A DNA stretch of 63,625 nt, filler included, from Thraustochytrium aureum (taxonomy: Eukaryota), in NCBI GenBank assembly GCA_012862495.1. It is 5 parts of 3 records of this genome, joined end to end, with 100 filler letters (N's around TTAATTAATTAA, not from the genome) between each part and the next. Parts side by side here need not be neighbours in the genome. Positions count along the whole stretch, not along the records: positions 29,728 to 55,985 come from BLSG01000098.1; positions 56,086 to 61,826 come from BLSG01000102.1; 3 more parts are not named here. One strand, given 5' to 3'. Position 1 is the stretch's first letter, and the number at the start of each line of letters is the position of its first letter. Positions 48,691 to 60,714 of the stretch are shown here, piece by piece. The notes below the pieces were generated by a model. That model was not told the origin of the DNA. It saw nothing but the letters and a program-made list of their open reading frames with translations, and did not search any database. Position numbers and translations under genes: made by a program.

Positions 48691-50016
48691 ANNNNNNNNN
48701 NNNNNNNNNNNNNNNNNNNNNNNNNNNNNNNNNNNNNNNNNNNNNNNNNNNNNNNNNNNNNNNNNNNNNNNNNNNNNNNNNNNNNNNNNNNNNNNNNNNN
48801 NNNNNNNNNNNNNNNNNNNNNNNNNNNNNNNNNNNNNNNNNNNNNNNNNNNNNNNNNNNNNNNNNNNNNNNNNNNNNNNNNNNNNNNNNNNNNNNNNNNN
48901 NNNNNNNNNNNNNNNNNNNNNNNNNNNNNNNNNNNNNNNNNNNNNNNNNNNNNNNNNNNNNNNNNNNNNNNNNNNNNNNNNNNNNNNNNNNNNNNNNNNN
49001 NNNNNNNNNNNNNNNNNNNNNNNNNNNNNNNNNNNNNNNNNNNNNNNNNNNNNNNNNNNNNNNNNNNNNNNNNNNNNNNNNNNNNNNNNNNNNNNNNNNN
49101 NACTGCAAGTTCATTGGCGTCCGGGAGATGTGGTTGGGGGATCGCCAGACCCACCAGGACGGGTATGGCCTTGGCTGGTTCGACAACATTTCAGGCGGTT
49201 GGCGTTGCAACGCGTAGACACGCACGAGCCGAGCGCAGAGCTGCCGCTGCTGGTTTACGAGGTGCAGTCGCGCGTGATGTTTGCGCACGTCCGGGCTGCG
49301 ACGGACGGCGACCCTCGCACCGCGTTCTCGGATCGCACATCGACCCGGCGCAAAACCTGCCGTCTTTGATGAACGCCTTGATGTAGTCACTCTCTCTAGA
49401 GCTAGAGCTAGCTAGCCCAGAGCATCGCGAATGATTTCCAATCGAGGACAACTTCCAGTCGACTCGCCCGCGGCGCGCACCCATTCCGGCGCATTTACTG
49501 CTGAAGAAGTTCGTACGAGAGACTGAACCAGGCACGGACACGCAAACCGCAGCCTTGAGCAGAGCGCAACATGCTATGATCGGCAAAGGATGGACGGACT
49601 CTGGCCATGGTCTACTCACAGCGGTATTTGGAAAGACGAACGCGTATTGTTGAGCTCAGCCGACGAGCAGAGCGCGGGCGTCTGCAGCGTCCATCCCGGG
49701 CGTTCGGTGTTTGTTTCTCGGTGCGAGCGTCCGCCGCAGCTGTTGGGCTCCAAGCTTGGCTGGAATTACCGCAGGGGCCAGCTACGTGCGCGACGGCGAC
49801 GAACGAGTGAGCCTCGGCGCCGCGGTGAGGCTCAAGGCAGAACAGCGAGGTGCCCCGAATTCTACTGGAAGTGCGTTCGATAGTGTCGCGTTCACTCTAC
49901 GTAAGTAAATAAATGAAAGGATGGATGGATGAGTGGGTCTGTCGCAGGCCCTACAGAGCCGAGGGGCCAGCCCCTCCGAAAGGCGGCCGCTGCGCCCCAC
50001 TAGGACTTGCACCCGC

Positions 50017-50673
50017 TCACTGGGCGGCCTCCTTGGACTCTTGCTCGAGCTCAGTCGCATAGTAGAGGCGGTCGCCGTCAGCGCGGACCTCGCTCACCAG
50101 CTTGAGGTAGCTCGCCGCCTCGGCCTGCGAGCGCGCGAGGATCAGCGGGCTCGTCTCGTCGAGGATCTCGGTGCGCTCGTCCAGCGTCAGGTGGCGAAAG
50201 CCCCGAACAAGGCGCGGGCCTTCCGGGCGCGCTTGGCAGGATGGGCAGGCGCACTGGAAGGGCGAGTTCATGTCCCACTCGGTCGTGTTGTAGTTGAAGC
50301 TGAGGTCTTCGCCCTCTTCGACGTCTTGCGTGACGACAAACTGGGCGCTTCGACGGTCCTCGGCGACAACGATCCTCGTGTTGGTGTCCGAGCACCAGTG
50401 GCTGATAAACTCGGCGCCCTCGGTCGGGGCCACGTGGACGGTCTCGTCCAGTTGCACGGTGTGCATCGTGGGGCGGCCTAGCACGGGCTGGGTGAACTCG
50501 TTGATCACTGTGCCCGCTTTCAGCGGCACGCGGGCAATGGCCTTGCGTCCTATCGTCTTGGTCTCCACGAGTTTGAGCGCCTCGCGCGTTGCCAGCAAGC
50601 TCGAAAGCCACCGCCGGTTCGGTGCGCCGCACATGTGCGCTTTTGCCTTGGCCGTCGCGGCGATCGTAAACAT
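50017..50673 (-). CDS. Small SET plus post-SET domain protein (putative lysine methyltransferase)
   Basis: FISHWCSDTN, DVEEGEDLSFNY and FQCACPSC. Confidence 0.82.
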   Translation of the reverse strand: MFTIAATAKAKAHMCGAPNRRWLSSLLATREALKLVETKTIGRKAIARVPLKAGTVINEFTQPVLGRPTMHTVQLDETVHVAPTEGAEFISHWCSDTNTRIVVAEDRRSAQFVVTQDVEEGEDLSFNYNTTEWDMNSPFQCACPSCQARPEGPRLVRGFRHLTLDERTEILDETSPLILARSQAEAASYLKLVSEVRADGDRLYYATELEQESKEAAQ

Positions 50674-52171
50674 CCTGACTTGCGCTCGCTCGAGTGTCCT
50701 GTCTCGTGCACGAGTGGGGACAGACCAAGTCGCGTCGACGTCAACAGCGGCGAAGGGTTGCTGTTGGTGGGCGCTGGCAGACGGGGCCGCAAAGGGTACG
50801 GCTGCAGCGCGCGACGAGGTCTGCCTGCCCAATTAGGGGAATGCCGTGCCGTTCTGCTCGAACTGCCGCCTCGCTCGGGGCGTTTTGCGCAGTTCGCAGC
50901 ACCAATCGCGACTCGATTCGCGCACTGCCTGCCTGACTTCCACATCAAGACACAACAAGGCGCCATGCATCCTCCAGCAGGAGGTACGCAACGCCGCGCG
51001 CCTGCGACTTACATCAGCCTGCCCTCCCCGCCGCACCTTGCGGCCGGCCCGCGCCCCGTTACTGACATTCGTCGGCGGTAAGCTACCGCGCCGCGGGGCG
51101 GAATCACGACGCACGGCGAGTGTGGACGTGTCGAGTATGATGATGGTCAGTGATCAAGTAGGCCTGCCTGCGCTCGACGGCGAGTACAGCAGCAGCAGCG
51201 AGAGCGAGCGGTCGTCCAGCAGCAGCCAGCAAGCAGCGCTGCGCTGCTCCAAGGGTCGGCCTGACCAGCGAGAGCGGATGTCGCCGCAGCCAGGCTGCCG
51301 AAGGCTCGAAATGGAAAGCCGCTGTTTTCCAAGCAGAGTCCGTGTGAACTCGCGGTAACTCTTCGCAGAAGCCCGCAGATGTAGGGGCTTCAGAGCCATT
51401 GTGTCCCGTCCTGCCAGTTCGGCCGGTTTGCCCTGCGAACACCGCGAGATTGACCTGGGGGCAGGCGTGGGGGCAGGATGGCTTGGTGAAATCTCTGCCG
51501 CAAGTTTCCCCCGTGCGTTCCTTCGAACGCTCCAACGGGCACTCGGCAACCTGTCAAGAGTGTTTTGGTGTTTCCACGAACAACGCCGTGCGTGTTTGGT
51601 GTTGGGCGCCAGTGCGACCCCGGTGCGACTGCGAATCTGCGATGCGCGGCGGCCTGGCGACTGGCCTGCCAGCATTCTTCTTGATCAATTAGAAGCTAGG
51701 TATCGTGATGGTCCCTGGTGCTACAGCCCTGGTGTTGCTGGGGTTTTCCTTCGACGCTAGGCGTTCGCCTGCCAGGGGCGGGACATTGCTGCTCGCGCCG
51801 GAGGCCAGCCGGCTGGCCAGGTGCTGAAGAAAAAAGAGCCCGCAGACAGTCGCAGACCTGTCCCACAGGAACCGGCCTTGCAAGTTGCAGCCCAAAAAAC
51901 TCTGAAGATGGCGAAGACGATCTTGACACGAAACGTCCATGCCAAACTCGTTGACGATCAGCCAGCCACCCGTGGATCGAAATAGTTGCACCAGTCAACC
52001 TCTGCTGGAGCAGCCGGAGACAACCGGCTGAAGCCTGCGTGCCTGCCCCAGCCACCCGCGGCCTCGGTCACGAAGGGTAGGCAGGCCTTGCGGATTTCAA
52101 AGTCGGTACCGATAAGTTGTCTGTTTGTCTGTCTATTTGTACATGCGTTGCTGCGCAAGCCAGAGCGGCGG

Positions 52172-53229
52172 CTAAAGGATGACGCAAGGGCGCTTGGCGC
52201 GCGAGTCGACGGTGACGCCCGTTCGGCGAGAAGACGTGGCCGGCGCGCCAGAGGCCGCAAGGGCGTTCTTGGTCGCGTCGATCCGCGTGACTGCGTTCAT
52301 GGAGAGGGCCTCGAACGCCTGAAGCACGTTGGTGCCGCACTTGGCGCTCGTTTCGTAGAAGAGGCAGCCGTACTTGTCGGCCGTCGCCTTGCCCTGCTCG
52401 TAGGAGATCTTGCGCGCCGGGAGATCGATTTTGTTCCCGAACAGAACCACGAACACGTCCGGACCGGCGTGGTTCTTGATGTTGTTCATCCAGTAGTTGA
52501 TCTGCTGGAAGGACTGCTCGTTGCACACGTCGTACACGAGCGCGATGCCGTGCGAGCCGCGGTAATAGGTTCGCGTGATCACGTGGAAGCGCTCCTGGCC
52601 GGCCGTGTCCCAAATCTGGCACTTGATCCGCTTGCCCATCGTGCGTTCGGCGTGCTCGAGGAACCGCACCTTGAAGTCCACGCCGGCGGTGGACATCAAG
52701 TTTTGGTTGAACTCGTTGTCGCTGAACCGCATCATCAGACTTGTCTTGCCGACCCCGCTGTCGCCCAGCAGCAGAACCTTGACGTGGTAGTCGAAATGGT
52801 CGAGCGCCTGGTCATGCTCCCGTGCGGGCTGCACGCACCGTGGGCTGCCGCCTGCTCTGCGCCTGCTATGGCGAAGTCGTCTCCGGCGTCTGCACTCGTC
52901 GCCCCAACGCCACCCTCATCGGCTCCGTCAGCGAGCGCCTTACCCGCCTGAGCGCTAGGCCTTGGCGGCCCCTTCCGCTCGCTTCCATGACGCTTGCGGT
53001 ACGGGTTCAAATGACGCATGGATCGCAGCGAGCTGGCCGCAACCGCCCTGGCCTTGGCGCTAATAACGAGCCGGGACCTGCCGCTGTCGCTGCTATCCGA
53101 ACTCCGTCCCGAGCCGCTCTCGCGCGACAGCCGCCCGGCCACAGCAGCAGCTGTACCAGCGCCAGCGCCAGCGCCAGAACCAGCACCGTTGCCGCCGCCG
53201 CGCCCTCGCGGGCCCGGAAGCTCGGTCTC
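52172..53229 (-). CDS. Rab GTPase (Rab8/Sec4-like) with long N-terminal extension; frameshift near 52835; 5' end in gap
   Basis: GDSGVGKT, GVDFK, IWDTAGQERF, YYRG, GNKID, ETSAK and C-terminal CVIL prenylation box. Confidence 0.9.
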
Positions 53230-54463
53230 NNNNNNNNNNNNNNNNNNNNNNNNNNNNNNNNNNNNNNNNNNNNNNNNNNNNNNNNNNNNNNNNNNNNNNN
53301 NNNNNNNNNNNNNNNNNNNNNNNNNNNNNNNNNNNNNNNNNNNNNNNNNNNNNNNNNNNNNNNNNNNNNNNNNNNNNNNNNNNNNNNNNNNNNNNNNNNN
53401 NNNNNNNNNNNNNNNNNNNNNNNNNNNNNNNNNNNNNNNNNNNNNNNNNNNNNNNNNNNNNNNNNNNNNNNNNNNNNNNNNNNNNNNNNNNNNNNNNNNN
53501 NNNNNNNNNNNNNNNNNNNNNNNNNNNNNNNNNNNNNNNNNNNNNNNNNNNNNNNNNNNNNNNNNNNNNNNNNNNNNNNNNNNNNNNNNNNNNNNNNNNN
53601 NNNNNNNNNNNNNNNNNNNNNNNNNNNNNNNNNNNNNNNNNNNNNNNNNNNNNNNNNNNNNNNNNNNNNNNNNNNNNNNNNNNNNNNNNNNNNNNNNNNN
53701 NNNNNNNNNNNNNNNNNNNNNNNNNNNNNNNNNNNNNNNNNNNNNNNNNNNNNNNNNNNNNNNNNNNNNNNNNNNNNNNNNNNNNNNNNNNNNNNNNNNN
53801 NNNNNNNNNNNNNNNNNNNNNNNNNNNNNNNNNNNNNNNNNNNNNNNNNNNNNNNNNNNNNNNNNNNNNNNNNNNNNNNNNNNNNNNNNNNNNNNNNNNN
53901 NNNNNNNNNNNNNNNNNNNNNNNNNNNNNNNNNNNNNNNNNNNNNNNNNNNNNNNNNNNNNNNNNNNNNNNNNNNNNNNNNNNNNNNNNNNNNNNNNNNN
54001 NNNNNNNNNNNNNNNNNNNNNNNNNNNNNNNNNNNNNNNNNNNNNNNNNNNNNNNNNNNCCTCGCGGTGTGGTGGTGGTGGCCGCCGCACTGCTGCTCTG
54101 CCGTGGCGTTGCAGCTCTGCCCGTGCGGCTCTGCGGGCCTTTTCTCCACGCTTCCGCAACAATCGCGAATAAAACATGCCTATATTTTGTCCACTGCGAC
54201 AGGTCGCTCTATTTTATATGCCCGCGCTCGCGGTTTCTCCGGCGTGAGCGGATTTGTGCTCTAGCTGTTGAGCTGCGGCACGGACGGCGGCGCGGAAGTG
54301 GACTCGGTGCGGCGTTGGAGGTGATGGACTTGCGGAATTCTCGAGTCTCGCGGGCCGGCCGGCGTGGCATCGGGCGGCGGCGCTCGCGCGGTGCGTGCTG
54401 TTGTGGCAGCTGGGGTGAACGTCAACGGGGATATGGAAATGAATGCCTTTTTGGGCGCGGTCA

Positions 54464-55686
54464 TCAGGGCTCGTTTTGAGGCAGCACGGTGTGGATGGCA
54501 GTGGCGGCGAAGACTCGCGCGAAATATGGCGTCGTGCTCTTGACGGCTTCGGAGCCGCCTTCGATTGCCTCTTGCGAGACGCGCTCGGCGAACAGGGGCG
54601 CCAGCGCCAACGCTTCCACTTCTGGGTCTGTGAATGGTTCGGCGGCACTCTGCAGGCCATGCGGCAAGCACGGCAGGCGGTTAGGGGCGAAACGAGCGGC
54701 GAGCCATCAATAGCCAATGGCAGCAGCGGCGGCGACCGGTGACTCACCTCAAAGGGCTCCTGGTTTCCAAAGTGCTTGTGGAAGACCTCCTGGCGGTGGG
54801 CGCGGTCTGCGCCAAAAAAGTTGGCCGCGCTCACCTTCTCCTTAGCAGTGACCCGTTCGCCGTCAAGCACACTGAGTTGCGGCAGTCGAAACAAGACGCG
54901 CCGCCGGAACTCGCCCTTGTCTGCCGCGCCAGAGAAAATCGGATTGCCAGCAACGGCGAGGTCGGCGAGGAGCGCCAGCTCGCAGAGCCGCTCCAACTGA
55001 CTGAAGTTGGCCAGCTGGTTGCCACTCAGGTCAGCCGAGCTCAGAAGCGCGCACGCGCTCAGCCCTTCCAGGGTGCTTATGCGGTTGCCCCCGCAAGCTA
55101 GAAAACGCAGCCGGGGAAACCCCACGCAAGCCTTGAGGTCTGTCAGCCGGTTGTTCGCGACGCGCAGCTCGCGGAGCTCGGGCAGCGCGCCCAGCGGCCG
55201 GATGCTCTCGAGAGCGTTGTTGGAGAGGTCAAGCTTCTCGAGGTGGACCAGCGCCGTCAGGTTGCCGACGTGGCGAATCACGTTGCAGCTCGCATCCAGG
55301 GAACGCAGGTTGACGTGGTGGCCCAGGCTCGCAAGCACAGTGATGCGGTTCTGCGACAGGTTGGCGCACTCCAGGTTTGAGCCTGTCCAGAACGCCCCTG
55401 TAGACCAAGCCAGCTCGTTCTCCAGGGCCTCGCTCGAGCCAAGCCTACAGTGCGGCACCTCGAAATCCAGCGCTTCTTCGAGCTCGTTCTCCGACACGTC
55501 CAGCTCGACCAGATCCCTCGCGTTCTTCAGCGGCGCCAAGCTCGTCAGGCCACAACCTCTGGCCCTCAGATCTTGCACGCAGTCCAGCCTCGCCTGCGCC
55601 AGCGCTTGCGGGCCCTGCTCGCTAACATCGGGAGTTACCTGCGCGAGCGTCCCCGTCGCCGCGTCCATCATGATTGCGCCCGCCAT
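54464..55686 (-). CDS. Leucine-rich repeat protein (SDS22-like, LRRC23/LRGUK-type); intron 54650-54747; start uncertain
   Basis: Repeated LxxLdLsxNxI units and LRR cap FRRRVLFRLPQLSVLDG. A GTGAGT..CAG intron with CCTAAC restores the frame to the stop at 54464. Confidence 0.8.
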
Positions 55687-56029
55687 CAGCCAATCCGACC
55701 AGGCAGGGAATCAACCAGAAGCGCTAGCGAGGCAGTGCGCGTGCGCTCAATCGCTCTGCTGCGTGATTCCGGCCTGGGTCCCTGTGCGCCTGCGTGGCGG
55801 TCGAGTAAGGCGAGTGCGACATGCAACGGACCTCGAACAAACGAAAAAGCGGGCAAATCAACGAGTCTACCGGAACTCTGGCGCAGAGCGCAGTGCGGTC
55901 GTGCTGCGTCGGCGGATTGGCCGCGTTGCGAGCGTTGGACGGGCTCCTGCTCTGGAGATTGGAAAGCACGTGCAAAAATTAGGCANNNNNNNNNNNNNNN
56001 NNNNNNNNNNNNNNNNNNNNNNNNNNNNN

Positions 56030-56041
56030 TTAATTAATTAA
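56030..56041. other. Artificial six-frame-stop contig spacer
   Basis: TTAATTAATTAA in an N run. Confidence 0.95.
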
Positions 56042-56087
56042 NNNNNNNNNNNNNNNNNNNNNNNNNNNNNNNNNNNNNNNNNNNNCA

Positions 56088-56747
56088 AGCTCTGGGGTGG
56101 GCTCTGGCGACTCGGATTCGTCCTCGGAGGAGGGCTCCCGCACGCGGCTGCCGATGGCGCCGCTCACGCCACCCCAGGCCAGGGGCGGCGCACAGTCTGT
56201 TGGCGTGCGCCGATCGCTGTGGCAGACCACTTGTGCGGCCTCGGCGAGCGCCGACCACACCCCGTCCAAGTTTCGCACCAAAGTTCTCCACCCGCTCAGC
56301 AACGCAGAGGCCGCCACGGGCGAGTTGCTGTCGGGATCCACGATGCCTCTGTTTGGCGAGATGCCCGATGAGCAGCTGCGCGAGCTGCTCGCGGAAAGCG
56401 GCATGGAAGGGGGCTCGCGGCTCTATATGCTGACCGAACTCGAGACCCTCTGGCGGCGAACGCACCCGACCGCGCAAGACTCGGACAAGGGCGCTTCCGC
56501 AGAGCAGCGCCCGCAGTCGCGCGCAGAGGCGGAGCAGCAGCTAAGCTTGGAGATATGCTCCGCAATCACGAAGACGCTGCAAAACCAAGCCCTGTACGAA
56601 GACATCCTGATGAACCGGTCGATGGAGCTCTCGGCGATCCAGTCCGCCCTTGTTGCGGCCGGAGTCAAGGTGCCCAGGCAGCGTCTGATGCGGTTTTTGG
56701 ACAGCCACGGAGTCACTTACCGCGCGTCGACAAAGCGCGCCAACTAG
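56088..56747 (+). CDS. SLX4: SLX4-like scaffold, C-terminal SAP and SLX1-binding domains (5' truncated)
   Basis: SAP-like MPLFGEMPDEQLRELLAESG...LETLW, then LYEDILMNRSMELSAIQSAL..GVKVPRQRLMRFLDSHGVTY. Confidence 0.7.
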   Translation, partial: SSGVGSGDSDSSSEEGSRTRLPMAPLTPPQARGGAQSVGVRRSLWQTTCAASASADHTPSKFRTKVLHPLSNAEAATGELLSGSTMPLFGEMPDEQLRELLAESGMEGGSRLYMLTELETLWRRTHPTAQDSDKGASAEQRPQSRAEAEQQLSLEICSAITKTLQNQALYEDILMNRSMELSAIQSALVAAGVKVPRQRLMRFLDSHGVTYRASTKRAN

Positions 56748-56864
56748 CGGCCGCCACCTGCCATAAAACATGTGTACATAGGTACCAACCGTTACTATAA
56801 ACCCGCGCCACTGTGCCGTCCTGCCCTCCATCTCGTCCACCGACGCAGCTCCACAAGGGCAGAG

Positions 56865-56892
56865 CAGACCAGACCAGACCAGACCAGACCAG
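56865..56892. repeat. (CAGAC)n pentanucleotide microsatellite
   Basis: Tandem CAGAC units in an intergenic region. Confidence 0.85.
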
Positions 56893-57008
56893 ATCAGCGC
56901 CCAACAAAGCAGCGCGGCTCGTTGATTTCTTTCCATCAAGAGAAAGACAGCAAGGTACTCAGCGCATCAATGCATAGATGTTACTCTACGGTTTTACTCC
57001 ACTCCGAG

Positions 57009-59660
57009 CTAGTCCTCGTCCACGATTGAAGGGAGGTCCGAGTCGTCCGAGTCAGACCCGTCATCATTGCCATTGCCCGGCGTGGTCTCACGCTTGCTCC
57101 TACGCGTGCTTGGGCTCTCTTGATCACTCTCCACCACCGCTCCGGGGGCAACGGCCTCCACAGCTTCTTCCTCGTCTTCATTCTCCTGGCCCTCCTCGTC
57201 CGCGCCGTCCTCCGCCTGGCCTTCGTCGGCAGGATCAACCTCGTCGTGACTTTCTACCAAGCCAGCTCCGTTTTGCGGCAGCACCGTCTCTTCCTCCAGG
57301 CGGGCAATCTTCGCGGCGGCGGCAGCGGCGGCGGCGGCGGCGGAAGCACGCGCAGGACGAGGTTCCGCCGACGCGGGCAAGTCGTCGTCGAGTCCTGGAG
57401 CGCCGTTCGAAGCCTTGCGCTTGCGAGTTGCANNNNNNNNNNNNNNNNNNNNNNNNNNNNNNNNNNNNNNNNNNNNNNNNNNNNNNNNNNNNNNNNNNNN
57501 NNNNNNNNNNNNNNNNNNNNNNNNNNNNNNNNNNNNNNNNNNNNNNNNNNNNNNNNNNNNNNNNNNNNNNNNNNNNNNNNNNNNNNNNNNNNNNNNNNNN
57601 NNNNNNNNNNNNNNNNNNNNNNNNNNNNNNNNNNNNNNNNNNNNNNNNNNNNNNNNNNNNNNNNNNNNNNNNNNNNNNNNNNNNNNNNNNNNNNNNNNNN
57701 NNNNNNNNNNNNNNNNNNNNNNNNNNNNNNNNNNNNNNNNNNNNNNNNNNNNNNNNNNNNNNNNNNNNNNNNNNNNNNNNNNNNNNNNNNNNNNNNNNNN
57801 NNNNNNNNGCGCGGCGCATCGAGCCACTTGAGGGTCCAAGTCTGACCTGCAGGCCACCATGATTTTCAGCCCGGTCGGAAGCGCCGAGGAGCTAGACGAC
57901 CCGTTGACCGGAGCCACAAGCGAGGCCCCAAGCGCCTCGACAAGTGCACGCCGGTACTGCGCATCGGCGGCGCAGGGGGAGGTCCATTGAGCACAAAGGC
58001 CTGCCCGCTCACGGTGGGGAGAAGCGCGCGCACCAGGCACCCATCGAGCTCCTCGCGAACTGCAGCGCCGAGCCGAGGGCCAGCGACACAAAGGAGCACC
58101 GCAACTGCGTCAAGCGCCTCGACGCAGACCGCGAAAATCGGTCGGGAGAAACGCGGCGGGGCCCTGGGCACCAGCCTGCTTGGCAACGACCTGGTTTGCG
58201 ACGCGGCGCCGCTTGGCAGGGCGCCCTTTGGTCGACTTTGCCAATGCCCCGGCTTGCTCTGCGCTAGCGCGCCGGCGCGCACCTTCTAGGGCACAAACGA
58301 GGTCGGCAGCGCCCCGCAAGCAGGCCTCGAGCATCGAGTGCGAAGTGGACCCCCCAAACGCGAGCACCCAGGCGCGGCAGCTCTGCCAAAGCGCGCAGCT
58401 CAAGTCGGGCCCCCGCACAGCCTCGGGAAGCGCCAAGAGCCGCTCGAGGCGACGAGTGAGCGAGCTCCGAAAGCGCAAAAGGTGCAAGCGAGCAACGGGC
58501 ACGGTTGCCGCCAGGAGGTGGAGTGTGGCCTCGGCAGTCAGCGCAAACGCGGGCTGCGAGCGGGCCAGCGAGCTCGAGAGGCCGAGCTCGAGGAGTGCGA
58601 CGAGCGGAGCGAGTCGGAGCTCGTGGTACACGCGTGGGTGCCCGTGCGCCAGCGCCAGCGAAATGCACTTGCAAACCCCTTTGTACGCCGTCGCGAGCGG
58701 CATAGCGTTGAGCGCCGGCGTTGTACTTGGGGGCGCGGCCGCGGCTTGCGCTGCTAGGCGAGCGAGCGCCGGGAAAAAGTCTGTCTCCGGCAGCATGTCG
58801 AGGGTGCTGTCGATCTTGGACCCATACAGCCGCTTCAGCAGCTCGAGCGCGGTGCGCATGCTCGCGACAAGCAGGCCGGACCAGGCCATTGCTGCCGATC
58901 CAGCATAGCAGCCGGGGAGAGCCGCGAGCAGTCCTGCCGCGGCGTCGCGCAGCGGCGCCCGCCGGCAAAGCAGCAGCGCGCGCAAGCCGCCTCGAGCTGG
59001 CCCGCGCTTGCGCGACAGAGTTCGGACTCGTCCGCAGTACAAGGAGCAGCGCGTCAGAGCACGCCGCTAGAGCCGCGTCGTGCTGCCCTGCGTCGCCCCC
59101 CGACTCGCAGATGGCGCGGAACGACTTGGCCAGCGACAGCACTAACCGGCCAAGCGCGGTTTGTGCTTCGCTGCTCGAGGCAGCGGTGGCATTCGGCTGG
59201 TTGGCTTTGGCCAAAACGACTTGGCCGACAAGGCCGGCGCACAGCGCCAGGCCGGCGCTCGAGCTAACCTTGGCCAGCAGGCGGCCAGCAGTGTCGATGT
59301 ACAGGCCGAGGTTGTCCTCCAGCTGGTCGTAGGAGGTCTGCGCAAGCGTAGACCGGCAGAGCGCGGCAATCAGCAAGAGGAGCGGCGTCTCCCCGGTCTC
59401 GCGCGCGGTCAGCTCGTTAGCCGCACGTGCCACTGCCGTCTTGCCTTGGCGAGCGCCTTGGCGTCCTTCTGGTCGAGCGCGAGGACATCTTGGCCCCTAT
59501 TCCCCAGAGGCTTGTGCGCATCGAGAAGCTGCAGCAGCGCGCTCCCGAGCGCGTGGGCTTTCACCGCATCCTGCGGCTTTGCGAGCCCTGCCGCGTGAGC
59601 CGCGGCGGTCTGCTCGAGCCAGTCGCACAAATCGGCTGGAGCCACGACCCCCTGCGCCAT
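57009..59660 (-). CDS. PELP1/Rix1-like HEAT/ARM protein; several frameshifts and a gap
   Basis: Leu/Ala-rich helical repeats across successive ORFs, basic patch KGRPAKRRR, acidic tail ending DSDDSDLPSIVDED. Confidence 0.6.
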
Positions 59661-60245
59661 CCGCCCCGCCTCACAGCCGTCTCCGCAGCTCTCTTGCGGC
59701 GCTGAGGCGAAACTGAGCCTGCCCGAGCTGACCTGCTTCGCGCCTGCTCTCGCCGCCGTCACTGCGTGGTCGCGGCTCTCGCGACGCTTCACTGGCAGAC
59801 TCGTCGCAGTGCTCTCAGCTTCCAACCATCTCTCTCGCGCGAGACAACTCCGCGCGAAACGATCACGACGCGCGTCACACTCGGGTCCCTTGTGACGAGA
59901 GACGGGCAAGGTCACGCCCCAGAGCGTGTGAACGAGCCGCTTGAGCGCGCTGGCGCCCGCGGCGGCGGCGGCTGGCCTGGTCGGGGACGCGCGGAGGAGA
60001 TCGCGGACGGCAGCGCACCGCATTTGCTGCCCAGGCCTGCCCAGGCCTGCACAGGCGCCGTCTCTCGCCAGGGCCGCGAGTCGCTGCTTGCGAGGCGCCA
60101 AACGCGTGACGAAAGTCGCTCGAAGTGAACGGCGAATGTTTCCGCGCATTGAGCGTTGCCGCTGTTGCGGCGCTGCTGGCAGACTACAAACCACCGCGCG
60201 GCGGCGGCAGAGCAGAGCTGAGGAAGGGCGAGCTGGCAGAGGGCG

Positions 60246-60554
60246 ATGGGGACACCAGAAGGGTCGGTGCGCGATGCACAGCAAACCATGGACGGTGAGT
60301 TCAGAAGGCCGGCTCCGCAGCCCAAGGCTTGATTTGAAGTCGTATCCGCGAAACGCAAGGAAACGCGGCTGACGCCCAGCGCAGTTTTGCACGAGCTTTC
60401 GAAGCTGCTGAATACGGGCTTGGATCGCGAGACGCTGGGGATCCTGGTGAGCTTGTGCGAGAACGGGGCCAACCCGGACGCGGTGGCGATGGTGGTCAAG
60501 GAGCTACGGCGCGAGGCCGCCGCTCTGGCGCGTGAGGAGACCGAGGAGGCATAG
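60246..60554 (+). CDS. MZT1: MOZART1/GIP gamma-tubulin complex protein; intron 60295-60384 (absent from ORF track)
   Basis: Spliced [69 protein letters not shown] intron with GCTGAC. Confidence 0.92.
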
Positions 60555-60714
60555 TGCACAGCCTGCGGGCGGCGTCAGGAGCCTCGAGCGCGAGAGGGCC
60601 GCCGTTCGAGCGGCCTCGCCATACGTTTGTACACGAACAAGAGCTTTGCATTCTCGACCTACTCTACTAGCTAGCTACTGCAGTGGAGCCAAGTGAGAAA
60701 GACAGGCCCCGTTG

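Noticed and set aside
50..59660. Many frameshifted genes read as pseudogenes or programmed frameshifting
   Set aside because: Shifts hit essential genes (NDOR1, DnaJ, PELP1-like), often sit in homopolymers (e.g. 13430, 24068, 26845) and come without in-frame stops. Sequencing error is the simplest explanation.
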